64,000 bases of DNA from Octopus vulgaris (Eukaryota). Positions 26,095-39,254 of this stretch are shown here, piece by piece. The DNA lies in contig OX597817.1 in NCBI GenBank assembly GCA_951406725.2, forward strand, positions 162,254,001-162,318,000, given 5' to 3'. Position 1 is the stretch's first letter, and every line of letters begins with the position of its first letter. The notes beneath the pieces are model-generated. The model was given only the letters and a program-made list of their open reading frames with translations. It was not told the DNA's origin and did not search any database. The position numbers were made by a program, and so were the translations under genes.

Positions 26095-26394
26095 TTTGCA
26101 GGGAAGATTATATTTTACTTCGGGGAGTTTTTGTAATCTCCCGCAGACTGGTGAGGAGTGATCGATTTAATGCTCAACATGAACGTTATGTAGGTAGGAG
26201 GTAGACGTTTGTTGGAGGGGAGGAGTTAAAAGAGTGTATGTGTGTCTATGGGTTTGGGAGGAGAGGATACCATTCTGATGATAAAGGTTTTGTGGACGAA
26301 GCTGGTGGAAACGGGCTGTTGGACAAATAGTGCGGATAACAGGAGTAGAGAGGTGTATCTGATAGTAAAATGGCCGAGTAGAAATTTCTATGTA

Positions 26395-26595
26395 TGTATG
26401 AGTGTGTGACTGCGCTTGTGTGTTCGTGTGTTGCACTCTGTTTGTGTATGTGTGTGTGTGTGTGTGTGTGAAAGTGTGAGTGTGTGAATTCGTTTGTATG
26501 TTCATGTGTTACACTCTGCTTGTGTGTGTGTGTGTGTGTGTGTGTGAAAGTGTGAGTGTGTGAATTCGCTTGTATGTTCATGTGTTACACTCTGC

Positions 26596-26664
<69 letters not shown>

Positions 26665-26703
26665 TGTGTAATTGCGCTTGTGTGTGAGTGTGTTATACTC
26701 TGC

Positions 26704-26758
<55 letters not shown>

Positions 26759-26901
26759 TGTGTAATTGCGCTTGTGTGTTCGTGTGTTATACTCTGCTTG
26801 TGTGTGTGTGTATGTGTGTGTGTGTGTGTGTATGTGCTTATCTGTTGTACGTTTGAGAGTGTTCATGCTTATCTGTTATACCCTGGTTTGTTTATGTGTG
26901 G

Positions 26902-26981
<80 letters not shown>

Positions 26982-27186
26982 AGTGTATGTGTGTGTGTTT
27001 ATCCGTTATATCCTTGTCTGTTTGTGTGTGCATGTGTGTGTGTGAGGGAGTGTATGTGTGTGTGATTATACGTTATATTGTGTGTGTGTATGTGTGTATG
27101 TGTGTGTATGTGTGTATGTGTGTGTGTGCTTATCTGTTATATGTTTGAGAATGTTCATGTTTATCCGTTATACCCTTGTTTGTTTA

Positions 27187-27217
<31 letters not shown>

Positions 27218-27430
27218 ATGTATGTGTGCGTGTATGTGTATGTGTGTGTATGTGTTTGTGTGTGTGTGTGTTTGTGTGTACGAGCTTATCTGTGCCTTTA
27301 TCCGTTATATCATTGTCTGTGTGTGCGTGTGTGTTACGGAGTGTATGTGTGTATGATTATGTGGTTATACGTTATATCGTTTGTGTGTGTGTGTGTATGT
27401 ATGTGTGTATTATGTGTGTGTTTATCGCTT
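26395..27430. repeat. Compound minisatellite: (TG)n blocks alternating with ~35-40-bp spacers
   Basis: Recurring AATT(C)GCTTGT..GTTC.TGTGTTA.ACTCTGCTTG and TATCCGTTATA motifs. Confidence 0.85.
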
Positions 27431-27469
27431 ATCTTGAGCTGTTGTTGTAGTCGTCGTCGTTGTTCAACT

Positions 27470-27858
27470 CTTACTCTCTTTTACTTGTTTCAGTCATTTG
27501 ATTGTGCCCATGCTGGAGCACCGCCTTTAGTCGAGCAAATCGACCCCAGGACTTATTCTATCGGTCTCTTTTTGCGGAACCGCTAAGTTACGGGGACGTA
27601 AACACACCACCATCGGTTGTCAAGCGATGTTGGGGGAACAAACACAGACACACAAACATAGACACACACACATACATATATACACACATATATACAACGA
27701 GCTTCTTTCAGTTTCCGTCTACCAAATCCACTCACAAGGCTTTGGTCGGCCCAAGGCTATAGTAGAACACACTTGCCCAAGGTGCCACGCAATGGGACTG
27801 AACCCGGAACCATGTGGTTCGTAAGCAAGCTACTTACCATACAGCCACTCCTACGCCT
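27470..27858 (-). mobile_element. SINE family A (full)
   Basis: Collinear match to other copies. Confidence 0.9.
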
Positions 27859-27959
27859 CCTACATGTTAACATATTATATAGTTCATAGATGAGAATCAG
27901 ATATTCTCCGTATAAAATTCACTTAGTAGTACTCAAGAGTTTAAACTTGAGCGGGTATA

Positions 27960-28465
27960 GAAGTAAATGCAGAGATAAGCAAGTAAGACAGATCAATACA
28001 TAGAGTATATTAAATACATGAAATACAAAAAAGGTCCGACTTACAGAAAATACAGATGACATAGAGAATTGAAGGAGTTGAAGAAAAGTACTAGAAATCC
28101 AACAGCTGTTTCTAGGGGCGCAGTGGTATTAATAATGCTTGTAGGTTGATTTCATCGTAGGATGAGACGAGCCTCCGTCTTCAGAGAAGACTTCTTTTAA
28201 CATCTCAAATGTAATATCTCTTTCTGAAAGACGGAGGCTCGTTTCATCCTGCGATGGAATCAACCTACAAGCATTATTTTGGACCACTGCGCCCCTAGAA
28301 ACAGCTGTTGGATTTATAATACTTTTCTTCAACTCCATTAATTCTCTATGTCATCTGTATTCTGTGTAAGTCGGACCTTTTTGTATATAAAGATGTATAC
28401 ATTTTTTTGTATTCCATGTATTTGATATACTTTATATATTAAACTAGCTTATCCTTACATTTACA
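27960..28465. mobile_element. Penelope-like fold-back (~225-bp arms) with long-stem-II hammerhead-like motif in each arm
   Basis: 27960-28186 is the reverse complement of 28219-28465; CTGAAGA...~65 nt...GAAACAGCTGTT. Confidence 0.7.
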
Positions 28466-28815
28466 TATTAACATATTATATATGTTTGTGTATGTACGTA
28501 CGTGTATGTGAGTATTTGAGTAGACATATACACATACATATATATTATCATTTATATTATCATTTATCTATTCTCTTACTTGTTTCAGTCTTTGGACTTT
28601 TGCCATGCTGGAGCACCGCTTTGAAGGGTTTAATCGAATAGTCGAGTAAATCGACTCCTGTACTACTTTTTAGAATAAAGTACTTATTCTATCATTCTTC
28701 ATTTTGCGGAGTGCTAGCTTACGGGAACGTAAATAAACCAACAAGCGGTGGTGGGGGGAGGGACAAATACAAACACAAAGACACACACACACACACGCAT
28801 ACACACACGGGTTAA

Positions 28816-29809
28816 CATGCAGGTTACCGTCATAAAAAAAAGTGAAAATAAATTGTACTATAAAAATGAAAGTAAATTGCGATAGAAACCGGAAGTGACG
28901 ACAGTGAGATACCAAAATTTCATAAAAAAAAAAAAGAACGAATGACCTCATTCATTGTGCCACGTCCTCCGGCACTTTCGTGTATGGCACATTCTAGTGA
29001 TGTGTTAAGCAGCCCAGAAATAGCAGGTGGGACACATCATTTCAATGTACATTATTCAGCAACGAATATCGCTGAAAAGGCAATTCTGTGGCTTGTACGA
29101 CAACCAACACAGTTACATGTGAGCAATGCAGTAATTCCGCACAATTAATGAGCAGCACAAAGAGAACGGGTGGGAAACAGTGGCATTGTTCCTGTGCATT
29201 CACCGGGACTATACGAGCCAATTCCTTTTTTCCTTTTCCTTTTTTGTTTTTCCTTTGAGAAGATCCATTTCACTCGATCAATAATAATAATAATTCAACT
29301 AAGGTATATGTGGGTAGTGGAGGTGCAATGGCCCAGTGGTTAGGGGCAGCGGACTCGCGGTCATAGGATCGCGGTTTCGATTCCCAGACCGGGCGTTGTG
29401 AGTGTTTATTGAGCGAAAACACCTAAAAGCTCCACGAGGCTCCGGCAGGGGATGGTGGTGATCCCTGCTGTACTCTTTCACCACAACTTTCTCTCACTCT
29501 TACTTCCTGTTTCTGTTGTACCTGTATTTCAAGGGGCCGGCCTTGTCACTCTCTGTGTCACGCTGAATATCCCCGAGAACTACGTTAAGGGTACACGTGT
29601 CTGTGGAGTGCTCAGCCACTTACACGTTAATTTCACGAGCAGGCTGTTCCGTTGATTCGGATCAACCGGAACCCTCATCGTCGTAACCGACGGAGTGCTT
29701 CCATTCCATATGTGGGTAAGAGACTGTCGTCATTTCCGGTTTCTTTCGCAATTTACTTTTGTGTTTTAGGACAATTTACTTTCACCTTTTTACGTCGGTA
29801 AACTGCATG
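28816..29809. mobile_element. piggyBac-like non-autonomous element containing a SINE B insertion
   Basis: TTAA|CATGCAGGTTACCG ... CGGTAAACTGCATG|TTAA; ~90-bp imperfect TIRs. Confidence 0.7.
29317..29707 (+). mobile_element. SINE family B (full)
   Basis: tRNA-like head TGGCCCAGTGG/GGTTTCGATTCC; TSD ATATGTGGGTA. Confidence 0.92.
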
Positions 29810-29821
29810 TTAACTTATATA

Positions 29822-30073
29822 CTCTTTTACTCTTTGCTCCTTTACTTGTTTCAGTCATTTGACTGTAGCCATGCTGGAGCACCGCCTTTAGTCGAGCAAA
29901 TCGACCCCAGGACTTATTCTTTGTAAGCCTAGTACTTATTCTATCGGTCTTTTTTGCCGAACCGCTAAGTTACGGGGACGTAAACGCACCAGCATCGGTT
30001 GTTAAGCGATGTTGGAGGTAGGGGTGCAAACACAGACACACAAACATATACACACACAAACACACACACACAC

Positions 30074-30126
<53 letters not shown>

Positions 30127-30300
30127 CATACATACATATATACGACGGGCTTCTTTCAGTTTCGGTTTACCAAATCCACTCACAAGGCTTTAATCGAGGC
30201 TATAGTAGAAGACACTTGCCAAAGGTGCTACGCAGTGGGACTGAACCCAGAACCATGTGGATGATAAGCAAGCTACTCACCACACAGCCACTTCTGCACC
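29822..30300 (-). mobile_element. SINE family A (full)
   Basis: Collinear match. Confidence 0.9.
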
Positions 30301-30378
30301 TATACATTATAGAAATCCACGCTCACACATGCATATATACATACATACGCACAAACGCGCATAAACATATACACACGC

Positions 30379-30424
<46 letters not shown>

Positions 30425-30623
30425 ACATATAGATAATGTAAAGGAATAGGGTTTGGAATCCAGGCAGGGAGCCTATTAGCACTCTGGTATAATCCAGGTT
30501 CTGGGTAACAACATCGAATTTTAGCGAACATACAGAATTATCGAAGATAAACAATTACACGGTACTTCACTCAATAGATAAATCCCGAGTTCTTTTCAAT
30601 GGATTTTATGCAGCATACAGAGT

Positions 30624-31010
30624 GGTGGAAGCACTCCGTCGGTTACGACGATGAGGGTTCCGGTTGATCCGAATCAACGGAACAGCCTGCTCGTGAAATT
30701 AACGTGTAAGTGGCTGAGCACTCCACAGACACGTGTACCCTTAACGTAGTTCTCGGGGATATTCAGCGTGACATAGAGAGTGACAAGGCCGGCCCTTTGA
30801 AATACAGGTACAACAGAAACAGGAAGTAAGAGTGAGAGAAAGTTGTGGTGAGAGAGTACAGCAGGGATCACCACCATCCCCTGTCGGAGCCTGGTGGAGC
30901 TTTAGGTGTTTTCGCTCAATAAACACTCACAACGCCCGGTCTGGGAATCGAAACCGCGATCCTATTACCGCGAGTCCGCTGCCCTAACTACTGGGCCATT
31001 GCGCCTCCAT
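30624..31010 (-). mobile_element. SINE family B (full)
   Basis: TSD AGCATACAGAGT at 30612-30623 and 31011-31022. Confidence 0.92.
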
Positions 31011-31149
31011 AGCATACAGAGTAATATATTCAAGACTAAAGGAGGTGCTCCAGCATGGCTGCAGTCAAATGGCTGAAACAAGTAAAAGAATAAAAGAATT
31101 AAAAGAATGGAGAATTATACATCTTTAAAATGTGTTTATTATCTCTATC

Positions 31150-31500
31150 TTTTATTTGTTTCAGTCACTTGACTGCGGCCATGCTGGGGCACCGCTTTAA
31201 AGCCTAGTACTTATTCTATCGGTCTCTTTTCCGAATCACGAAAGTTACGAGGACGTAAACACACCAACACCGATTGTCGAGCGGTAGTGGGGGACACACA
31301 CATACAAAGAAACACACACACATATATACACACATACGACAGGCTTCTGTCAGTTTCCGTTTACCAAATCCACTCACAAGGCTTTGGTCAGCCCGACGCT
31401 ATAGTAGAAGATACTTGCCCAAGGTTCCACGCAGTGGGACTGAACCCGGGACCATGTGTTTGAGAAGCAAGCTTCTTACCACACAGCCATTTCTCCGCCT
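31150..31500 (-). mobile_element. SINE family A
   Basis: Collinear match. Confidence 0.85.
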
Positions 31501-31589
31501 GCATTACAGTATTATTCTCATTTACTTCACATTAGATTCCAATCCGACACGTGTCCTTTGATGTGACAATTCTGTGCATTTAGTTGGTT

Positions 31590-32410
31590 CAGTACACACG
31601 AGAAGCTATCAAAATCAAGAGGCGGGGCAAGAACAGCAAAGGTATCCACCTCCTGCAGGACAACGCTCGCGTGTCGCCTGATTAGAAGCACAGGCGTGCA
31701 GCTATGAACTCCTCCCCCATCTCCCCTCCTCTCCTGACCTTGCACCCTCTGATTTTCACTTCTTCCCAACCATGAAGTTGCTTTTGAAAGGAAAGCGTTT
31801 CCCAGATGATGCAGCCTTGATTTCTGAAGTCACATTGTGGTTGGAGGACCAAGCTGGGGTCTTCTACAAAAACGGTCTCCAGAGCTGCATCAAACGATGG
31901 GAGAAATGCGTAACTCTGAGTGGTTCCTATGTGGAAGCACTCCGTCGGTTACGACGATGAGGGTTCCGGTTGATCCGATCAACGGAACAGCCTGCTCGTG
32001 AAATTAACGTGTAAGTGGCTGAGCACTCCACAGACACGTGTACCCTTAACGTAGTTCTCGGGGATATTCAGCGTGACACAGAGTGTGACAAGGCCGACCC
32101 TTTGAAATACAGGTACAACAGAAACAGGAAGTAAGAATGAGAGAAAGTTGTGGTGAAAGAGTACAGCAGGGATCACCGCCATCCCCTGCCGGAACCACGT
32201 GGAGCTTTAGGTGTTTTCGCTCAATAAACACTCACAACGCCCGGTCTGGGAATCGAAACCGCGATCCTATGACCGCGAGTCCGCTGCCCTAACCACTGGG
32301 CCATTGCGCCTCCGGTTCCTATGTAGAAAAAGACTAATAACTGTGCCAAGTTTCGTTGCTCTACTGCTATGGGAAGTGGGTCAGGGGCATTACTTATTGA
32401 ACGCTCCTCG
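31590..32410 (+). pseudogene. mariner transposase 3' fragment plus right TIR, split by a SINE B
   Basis: LLQDNAR, SPDLAPSDFH.F, KRWEKCV..SGSYVEKD*; ends ACTTATTGAACGCTCCTCG-TA. Confidence 0.88.
31933..32313 (-). mobile_element. SINE family B (full)
   Basis: TSD GGTTCCTATGT at 31922-31932 and 32314-32324. Confidence 0.95.
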
Positions 32411-32872
32411 TATTCATCCAGTGTAGACATTCCTATGCAGCTTTGCTCAAGGTTTTACCCATCCATGAATACGTACTGCACCTGAAGCAACTAAATGCAC
32501 ATAAATAATACATCAAAGGCCATACTGGGGCACCGGTTTGAATGATTTAGTCGGAAAAGCAACCTCAGTACTCCCTTTTTAAACCTTGTACTTATTTTAT
32601 TAGAGTTCTTTTGCCGAACTGCTGGTTTACGGAGATGTAACAAACCAACAACGGTTGTTAAGGGACAAACACACACAACTTACAACATACAACACACAAC
32701 ACACACACACATACACACACACAGGGGCTTCTTTCAGTTTCCGTCAACCAAATTTCTATTAAACCTCTCAATGCGCTGCCTTGGCCTGGTAGTGGGACTG
32801 AACCCAAGACCACGTGGTTGGGAAGCAAGCTTCTTAACCACACATCCACAACTGCGCTAATTAAAATAAGAT

Positions 32873-32935
32873 GACCTCACAGAGGGACTTGAACCCGCGA
32901 CTCTCATATCACTTAAAAGTCTTAAGCTCTACTGC
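32873..32935 (-). pseudogene. tRNA-Lys(UUU)-like pseudogene or SINE head remnant
   Basis: GTAGAGC.T.AGACTTTTAA....GAG.GTCGCGGGTTCAAGTCCCT; 5' acceptor strand missing, anticodon stem disrupted. Confidence 0.55.
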
Positions 32936-33023
32936 CTTTCGTTCGAAGTTTTAATCTTATCTTTCATATTTAAGCCCCACTTCATTAATACACACACACA
33001 CACACACATGCACAGATACGCAT

Positions 33024-33062
<39 letters not shown>

Positions 33063-33507
33063 CACATACACACAAACACACACACATGCGTGTACGTGAA
33101 TACACGCACGCGGATGTATACATAGCTCTAACGTCTGCAACCACATTTTATATGCTAATATCGGCAAAAAAAGCAACAATAACAACAAAAATATTATCCT
33201 TTTCATAAGACCGAGTCTTCGGTTTCGCATGTGTCACATTCCTTGTAATATAGTCTGGTCCTTACCCTCCTGGATTTTCCGTAATTGTACATAGTAGGGA
33301 CGGCATAGAGTACAAAAAAAAAGTTATATTTTATGTACGAATGAAGTAGATATTGTACTATTGTACGATGCCTAACTGGGTCAGCAGTTGGCCTGTCTCC
33401 TGACTGTATTATTAGACATGTTTTATACACAAATACACATGCAAGCATGCACACGCGCACGTGCACTGTTGCTCACCACCCACATAACGACTATATATAT
33501 ATATATC

Positions 33508-34213
33508 AAGTGTCTTCTACTGTAGCCTCGAGCCGACCAAAGCCTTGTGAGTGGATTTGGTAGACGGAAACTGAAAGCCTGTCGTATATATGTATATATA
33601 TATATGTTTGTGTGTCTGTGTTTGTCCCCCCTCCCCCAACATCGCTTCACAACCGATGCTGGTGTGTTTACGTCCCCGTAAGTTAGCGGTTCGGCAAAAA
33701 AGACCGATAGAATAAGTACTAGGGTTACAAAGAATAAGTTCTGGGGTCGATTTGCTCGACTAAACGCGGTGCTCCAGCATGGCCGCAGTCAAAATGACTG
33801 AAACAAGTAAAAGAGTAGATAGATAGATATTCTTTTATTCTTTTATATGTTTCAGTCATTTGACTGCGGCCATGCTGGAGCACAGCCTTTAGTCGAGCAA
33901 ATCGCCCCCAGGGCTTGTTCTGTGTAAGCTTAGTACTAATTCTATCGGTATCTTTTGCCGAACCGCTAAGTTACGGGGAACGTAAACACACCACCATCGG
34001 TTGTCAAGTGATGGTTGGCGGGGGGCAAACACAAACACACAAACACACACACGCATACATACATATATATATATATACATATATACGACGGGGTTCTTTC
34101 AGTTTCCGTCTACCAAATCCACTCACAAGGCTTTGGTCAGCCCGAGGCTATAGTAGAAGACACTTGCCCAAGTTGCTACGCAGTAGGATCGAACCCGGTA
34201 CCATGCGGCTGGT
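33508..34213. mobile_element. Two SINE A copies tail-to-tail (33508-33817 +, 33830-34213 -)
   Basis: Inverted copies separated by only ~12 bp of (GATA)n. Confidence 0.88.
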
Positions 34214-34269
34214 AATAATGTCTGCCTCTCAAACCCTCTTCCATGGGGTCGAAGAGATGATAATCCAGT

Positions 34270-34512
34270 GACGAGGGAGTGAAAACTGTAGTGAAGAAGT
34301 GGCTCAAAGAACAGTCAACAGAATTTTACGGGGCAGAGATACTTGCTCTCATTCGAAGGTGGAACGTTGCTATTGAGAGAAATGGCGACTATGTTAAGAT
34401 GTAGGGATGTGATCCACAGAGGACCAGCTTCATTTTGATGTATGGTACATGTTCCTGTGTTGGTAATTATAGCTATTCTAAACAAAATGGCATTACTTTT
34501 TGACTCACCCTC

Positions 34513-34514
<2 letters not shown>
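34270..34514 (+). pseudogene. mariner transposase C-terminus plus TIR
   Basis: VKTVVKKWLKEQSTEFY...L..RW..AIERNGDYV; ends TTACTTTTTGACTCACCCTCG. Confidence 0.75.
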
Positions 34515-34543
<29 letters not shown>

Positions 34544-34967
34544 CTAACAATTTAATAAATAAAACATATGCATACATACATACATACATATATGTACATA
34601 CCTACATCTATATGTATATATACATGCATATATGAGTACAGGACACCACAAATAAACGTAGAACACAACGAGAAACGAAAACATAAAATCAAACAAGGAA
34701 ACGGACTTTTTTTAACAACGAAAAAACAGAGTACAAGACAAACAATACAAGGAACATTCCCCTTCTTCAGCTGTCCCTGTTTCGACTCAATGCGTGTTTC
34801 GAAGGTAAGGGCAGAACACGGCCACGCCGAAGCAGTCCTTCCCGCAAAATGAATTAAATAAATTTTTTTTGCGGAGGGGTAAAAAACGTGATAAGAACAG
34901 GATGTAAAAGCAATAGAAATGAAGAAAAATCCCAGTACAAATAAAGATAAAAACAGTAAAAGACAGG

Positions 34968-35019
<52 letters not shown>

Positions 35020-35850
35020 TTGTCCTGTCTTTTACTGTTTTTATCTTTATTTGTACTGTTTTTTTCTTCATATATATATATATATATATATTCTTTTACT
35101 TGTTTCACTCATTTGACTGCGATATATGAGAAGGTAACCAAATGCCTGGTGACAAATATCACCGGTTCCGGATGTGAATGAGAAATATTCTCAACAATCA
35201 AGTATTCTCCGGAAAAGATATGCTATCAGGGAAAAGTGTTTGCTTTTTATAGAAACAAAGAGGTCTGCTGTGGACACGTGTTTCTACTTCAGTGCCTAAG
35301 TTTACGTTCCAGGAACTGGTACACTCCAAAAGACAGACGGGTTATCCCTCGACTTAGTTTCACAGCTGATGTCGGTCCAAGGTTATGGCACATGACACTT
35401 GACCAAGATGATGCGCAGTGAAATCGAACCTGGAATCTCGCATCTGCAAAACAAACATCTTAACCACACGATCTCACCGTCCAATTGTGGGATTGCCAAT
35501 AAAGATCTCCTGATGTTGTGTATATACGAATGGAAAAAAATCCAAAACAATCGCACGTCACCTTTAAGCATGAAGAGACATAATCTGGTTTACTAAGTAA
35601 TAAATATGCGGAAGGGGTTGTGTTAGAGTACGTACAATTGATTGAGTCACTACTTGATTGATAAAGACTCCTTCCTTCGGTCATGAATGACCATGGGATT
35701 GCTCCTAGAAAGTTACCCTCCGAGGCACAAGTCTGGGCAAGATTGTTTATGGAAGACCAGCGGTCGCCTGTGTAGACCAGCCTCTCCACTCCACACCAAC
35801 GTTATTTCAGATCAGTTGACACCGCTACCGATCTTTATCAGATTACACAC

Positions 35851-36320
35851 TTTCCAACAGAATTTCTCAACTCCCAACATCCTCCAGGACTCTCTCCCCG
35901 TGAACTTCACTTAAAATCCGGTTGTCCTGTCATCCTCCTACGCAATCTAAATGCACCCACACCATGCAATGAAACTCGCCTTGTGGTCAAACTAATGACG
36001 GACCACACCATTGAAGCCCAAATTATCATAGGACACGCCAAAAACGATACCGTTTTTATTCCCAAAATTCCGCTAACCCCATCAGACTGTCCCTACTTTA
36101 TGCGGAGACTTCAGTTCCCTTTCAAACTCAGCTTCGCCATGACAATTAACAAAGCACAAGGTCAATCGCTGAAAGTTATCGGATTGAACCTTCGAACGTG
36201 TTGCTTTCCTCATGGACAGTTCTGCGTCGGTTTTTCCAGAGTTGGTCATCTAGACTACTTATTCATCTAAGTTCCTGAAGGAAAAACTAGAATGTCATCT
36301 ACAAAGTAGCCCTACAGTAG
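35851..36320 (+). pseudogene. Helitron RepHel PIF1-like helicase C-terminal fragment
   Basis: FPTEFLNS..PPGL..LKSGCPVILLRNLN...CN.TRL...RRLQFP.KLSFAMTINKAQGQSL...HGQ..V..SRV; in-frame from 35851, stop at 36270. Confidence 0.92.
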
Positions 36321-36889
36321 GTTATTCCTCTACTGCAATCTTCACATCTATGCCAAACTGTAGCCGTTAGCAATCAGACTTCCTACAAGCATTTCATTGA
36401 TATTTTTCTTCATTTCCGTGATTGCTGTTAAGAGTACATTACCTTCAGTGACCCTTCTTACTTCACGCACGCTGTTCGCTCACAAGCGTGCTCTGACATT
36501 TATTTTTGTACATGCCATTATTCTATTTGTGTGTTTGCTATTAAACGCTTGCTTTTGTTTGTCATACATGACTTTCATTGAGAAAAGCTTCAATGTGGTT
36601 GTCAGGCATTACGAGTAAAACAACTAAATGCTACAAAACGCTTCAGGTAGGATAACAGGATCCCCAATGCCTACTGCAATTGCGATCTCATTTTATGGAC
36701 TTTCATTTATTACTAACTGCCAAATTTGAGTTCAGAAAGCTTTATTCATTACCCAGGTTGCGTAATACCATATAATAAATTGCTAACGAAATTGGTATCT
36801 ATAAATTTTACGTTTACCAACTTGAAATGACCTCCAGCTGCGGGCTAATTCAACTTAGACCGTCCAAATGAGTACGCCATTATATTAAA

Positions 36890-37285
36890 CTAGCAGTATC
36901 GCCCGGCGTTGCTCGGGTTTGTAAGGGAAATAACTATATAAGCATTTTTAGAGAGTTATAACCAAAAAGTAGCAAAAAAATGCATTAAAAATGGAAAAAA
37001 ATGATGGTAATTTTTTTTTTAAATCGTTGACTCATCGTAGACATTTTTAGATAGTTACTTCCCTTATATAATAGCGAAAAAATGCAATAAAATGGAAAAA
37101 ATGATGGTAATTTTTTTTAAAAATCGTATACTCATCGTAGACACGCGCTAATACCCAGAAGGGCTCGATATGAATCACGACTATAAGATACCCGCTTTTG
37201 GTTAAACTGCACCGCAAAATGTGGGAGTAGTTAGGAATCTAAATCGGAATAGACAGACACACAACCTTACTTTTATATATAAAGA
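36890..37285 (-). mobile_element. Complete non-autonomous Helitron
   Basis: Minus strand A|TCTTTATATAT ... CCCGAGCAACGCCGGG hairpin ... CTAG|T; internal ~100-bp tandem duplication. Confidence 0.88.
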
Positions 37286-37330
37286 TTACACCGTCCAAAG
37301 GACGGGTGTGTTTGCTGGGGTGTGTGTGTG

Positions 37331-37371
<41 letters not shown>

Positions 37372-37375
<4 letters not shown>

Positions 37376-37755
37376 GGAAGCTTTATGAAAATAGACAAAA
37401 GACGAAGGCAGGTGGAAAACAAACGAACAATTGTATTAGTATGGCGCTCAGGAAATATAAATAAAACAAGTCTTTAACGTTTCGAGCCTACGCTCTTGAA
37501 CAGAAAGATACACAGAGAGAAAGAAAACACAGAAAGAAGGAGAGAAAAAAAAATGCGTGCAGTAGCTAACGAATCAACATGGCGATCTGATTTCGGCCAG
37601 AGGTCAAAGATCAAACATGAGACGCGAGAGCGAAATAAGGGGAGATAATAGGGTTGATAATAGGGTAGATAAAAGGGTTGAAGGACCAGCTAATAGTGCG
37701 TAGGAAGGGTCTGGACGTGTGTATGTATAGGGTTGGTGTATGTATTAGTATGTAT

Positions 37756-37796
<41 letters not shown>

Positions 37797-38020
37797 AGAG
37801 AGTATTAGTGCGTAGGATTGGTCTGGACGTGCGTATGTATGGGGTTGGTGTATGTATTAGTATGTATTAGTATGTATTAGTACGTATTAGTATGTATAAG
37901 TGTGTGTGTGTGTGTGTATGAGAGAGTATAAGTGCGTATGCGGGGTCTGGACGTGTGTATGTATAGGGTTGGTGTATGTATTAGTATGTATTAATTGGTG
38001 TATGTATTAGTATGGCACAT
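37372..38020 (-). mobile_element. Penelope-like pLTR fragment with degenerate hammerhead (37471-37507) and ~115-bp tandem repeat x3
   Basis: TCTTT-CTGTTCA-A-GAGCgtagGCTC-GAAACGTT-AAAGA on minus strand; related to the 7431 and 25583 copies; abuts (TA)n. Confidence 0.6.
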
Positions 38021-38062
38021 CATATATGATGTGATGTGTACATACATACATACATACATACA

Positions 38063-38093
<31 letters not shown>

Positions 38094-39174
38094 GTCACTA
38101 TAATACCTCTGAAACTAGGAAACTCCTCCATATTCGTTTTGAGCGTCACCTGGTAAATATATAGCAAAAAACGCCAGTCGTTTGAAAAAAAAGTTATGAG
38201 AAACACCAAGCAGCGATTCACGCAGAATCCAATTTTGAATAAATAACATTATTCCACTGTAACACCCTTACAAGAATGAGAATAATTTTCATTTAACTGC
38301 GTTTCACACCATATGAAATCTCTCAACGCCCCCCCCTCACACACACACACACATGCATATGCATGTATGAGGAGGAAAAAGAGAGAGACAGACAGATACG
38401 CGCGCGCGCGCACAAAAATCACACATAGCAATAATGGGAATGAAAATGGTAAACCAGCCATCATTTTATTTTATTTAGAATACTATCAACTAAGACCACA
38501 AACAGACCAACAATGGATTCTAGTGAACCCTCCTCCCAGCACCTAAAATATGAAGTCATCCGTTAGTCAGCCGAATGATGAGTTAAGTATTACACATCCT
38601 TCTCAGGGTCAACAGCCAGATTCTCATTGTATAAGTGTATGGTGTGTGGTATGAAGTAATGTGGCATGATATGTATGCGTGTGTGCGTGTGTGTGTACAT
38701 CCTGTAAGGTCGGCAGCGAGCTCCTCAAGAAACATCCCCTTTCTGATGGCCTCCCTTAAGCTCCATGCGTACAGGGCTTGCATATCTCAGCAAAGACCTA
38801 GAGAAGAAACACTCTACATACTACTAAAAAAAGTTATGCAATCGTGTTTCCTCGTAAACTAGACAAGGATGACAGTATTAATATGAAATCTAGTCACTTT
38901 TAAACTCGTGAACTCTATATAACGTCACATCTTGAAAGCTAAATTTTTGCAATATAAGAGCAGAAGATGTCTATAAAAAGTCTCATGAACAAAACAGTCA
39001 GCGAAGCCCTTAAAATCCTAAAATACCACCGCAAGTGTGGATTATGTCACTCTACTGTAGATGAAATAAGGCACAAAAATTTCATCGAATTACAAACTCA
39101 AACCTCGACTTAATGTTACTGTTTCAGCAATACACGATGCCAGTTGCAGAAAAGACAACTCTGCAGTAAATGTA

Positions 39175-39254
39175 GCTCCCCAGGGTTTCTTGGCCGAAAT
39201 ATTAATTTATTTTGCTCCCCAGGGTTTCTTGGCCGAAATATTAATTTATTTTGC
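39175..39254. repeat. Perfect 39-bp tandem duplication
   Basis: GCTCCCCAGGGTTTCTTGGCCGAAATATTAATTTATTTT x2. Confidence 0.95.

Noticed and set aside
26395-27430. CRISPR-like repeat/spacer alternation (also 50738-51045)
   Set aside because: Eukaryotic context, spacers are microsatellite or mutually homologous, no cas genes
29317-29390. Functional tRNA genes at SINE heads
   Set aside because: A/B boxes are present but the cloverleaf is incomplete and continues into SINE bodies with TSDs
33224-33250. Hammerhead 3' half GAAACCGAagacTCGGTC on minus strand (also GAAACACGTGTC at ~4537)
   Set aside because: No matching CUGANGA or stem II found upstream
35851-36320. Host PIF1 helicase gene
   Set aside because: Intronless fragment with degenerate motifs and a premature stop; Helitron-type signature
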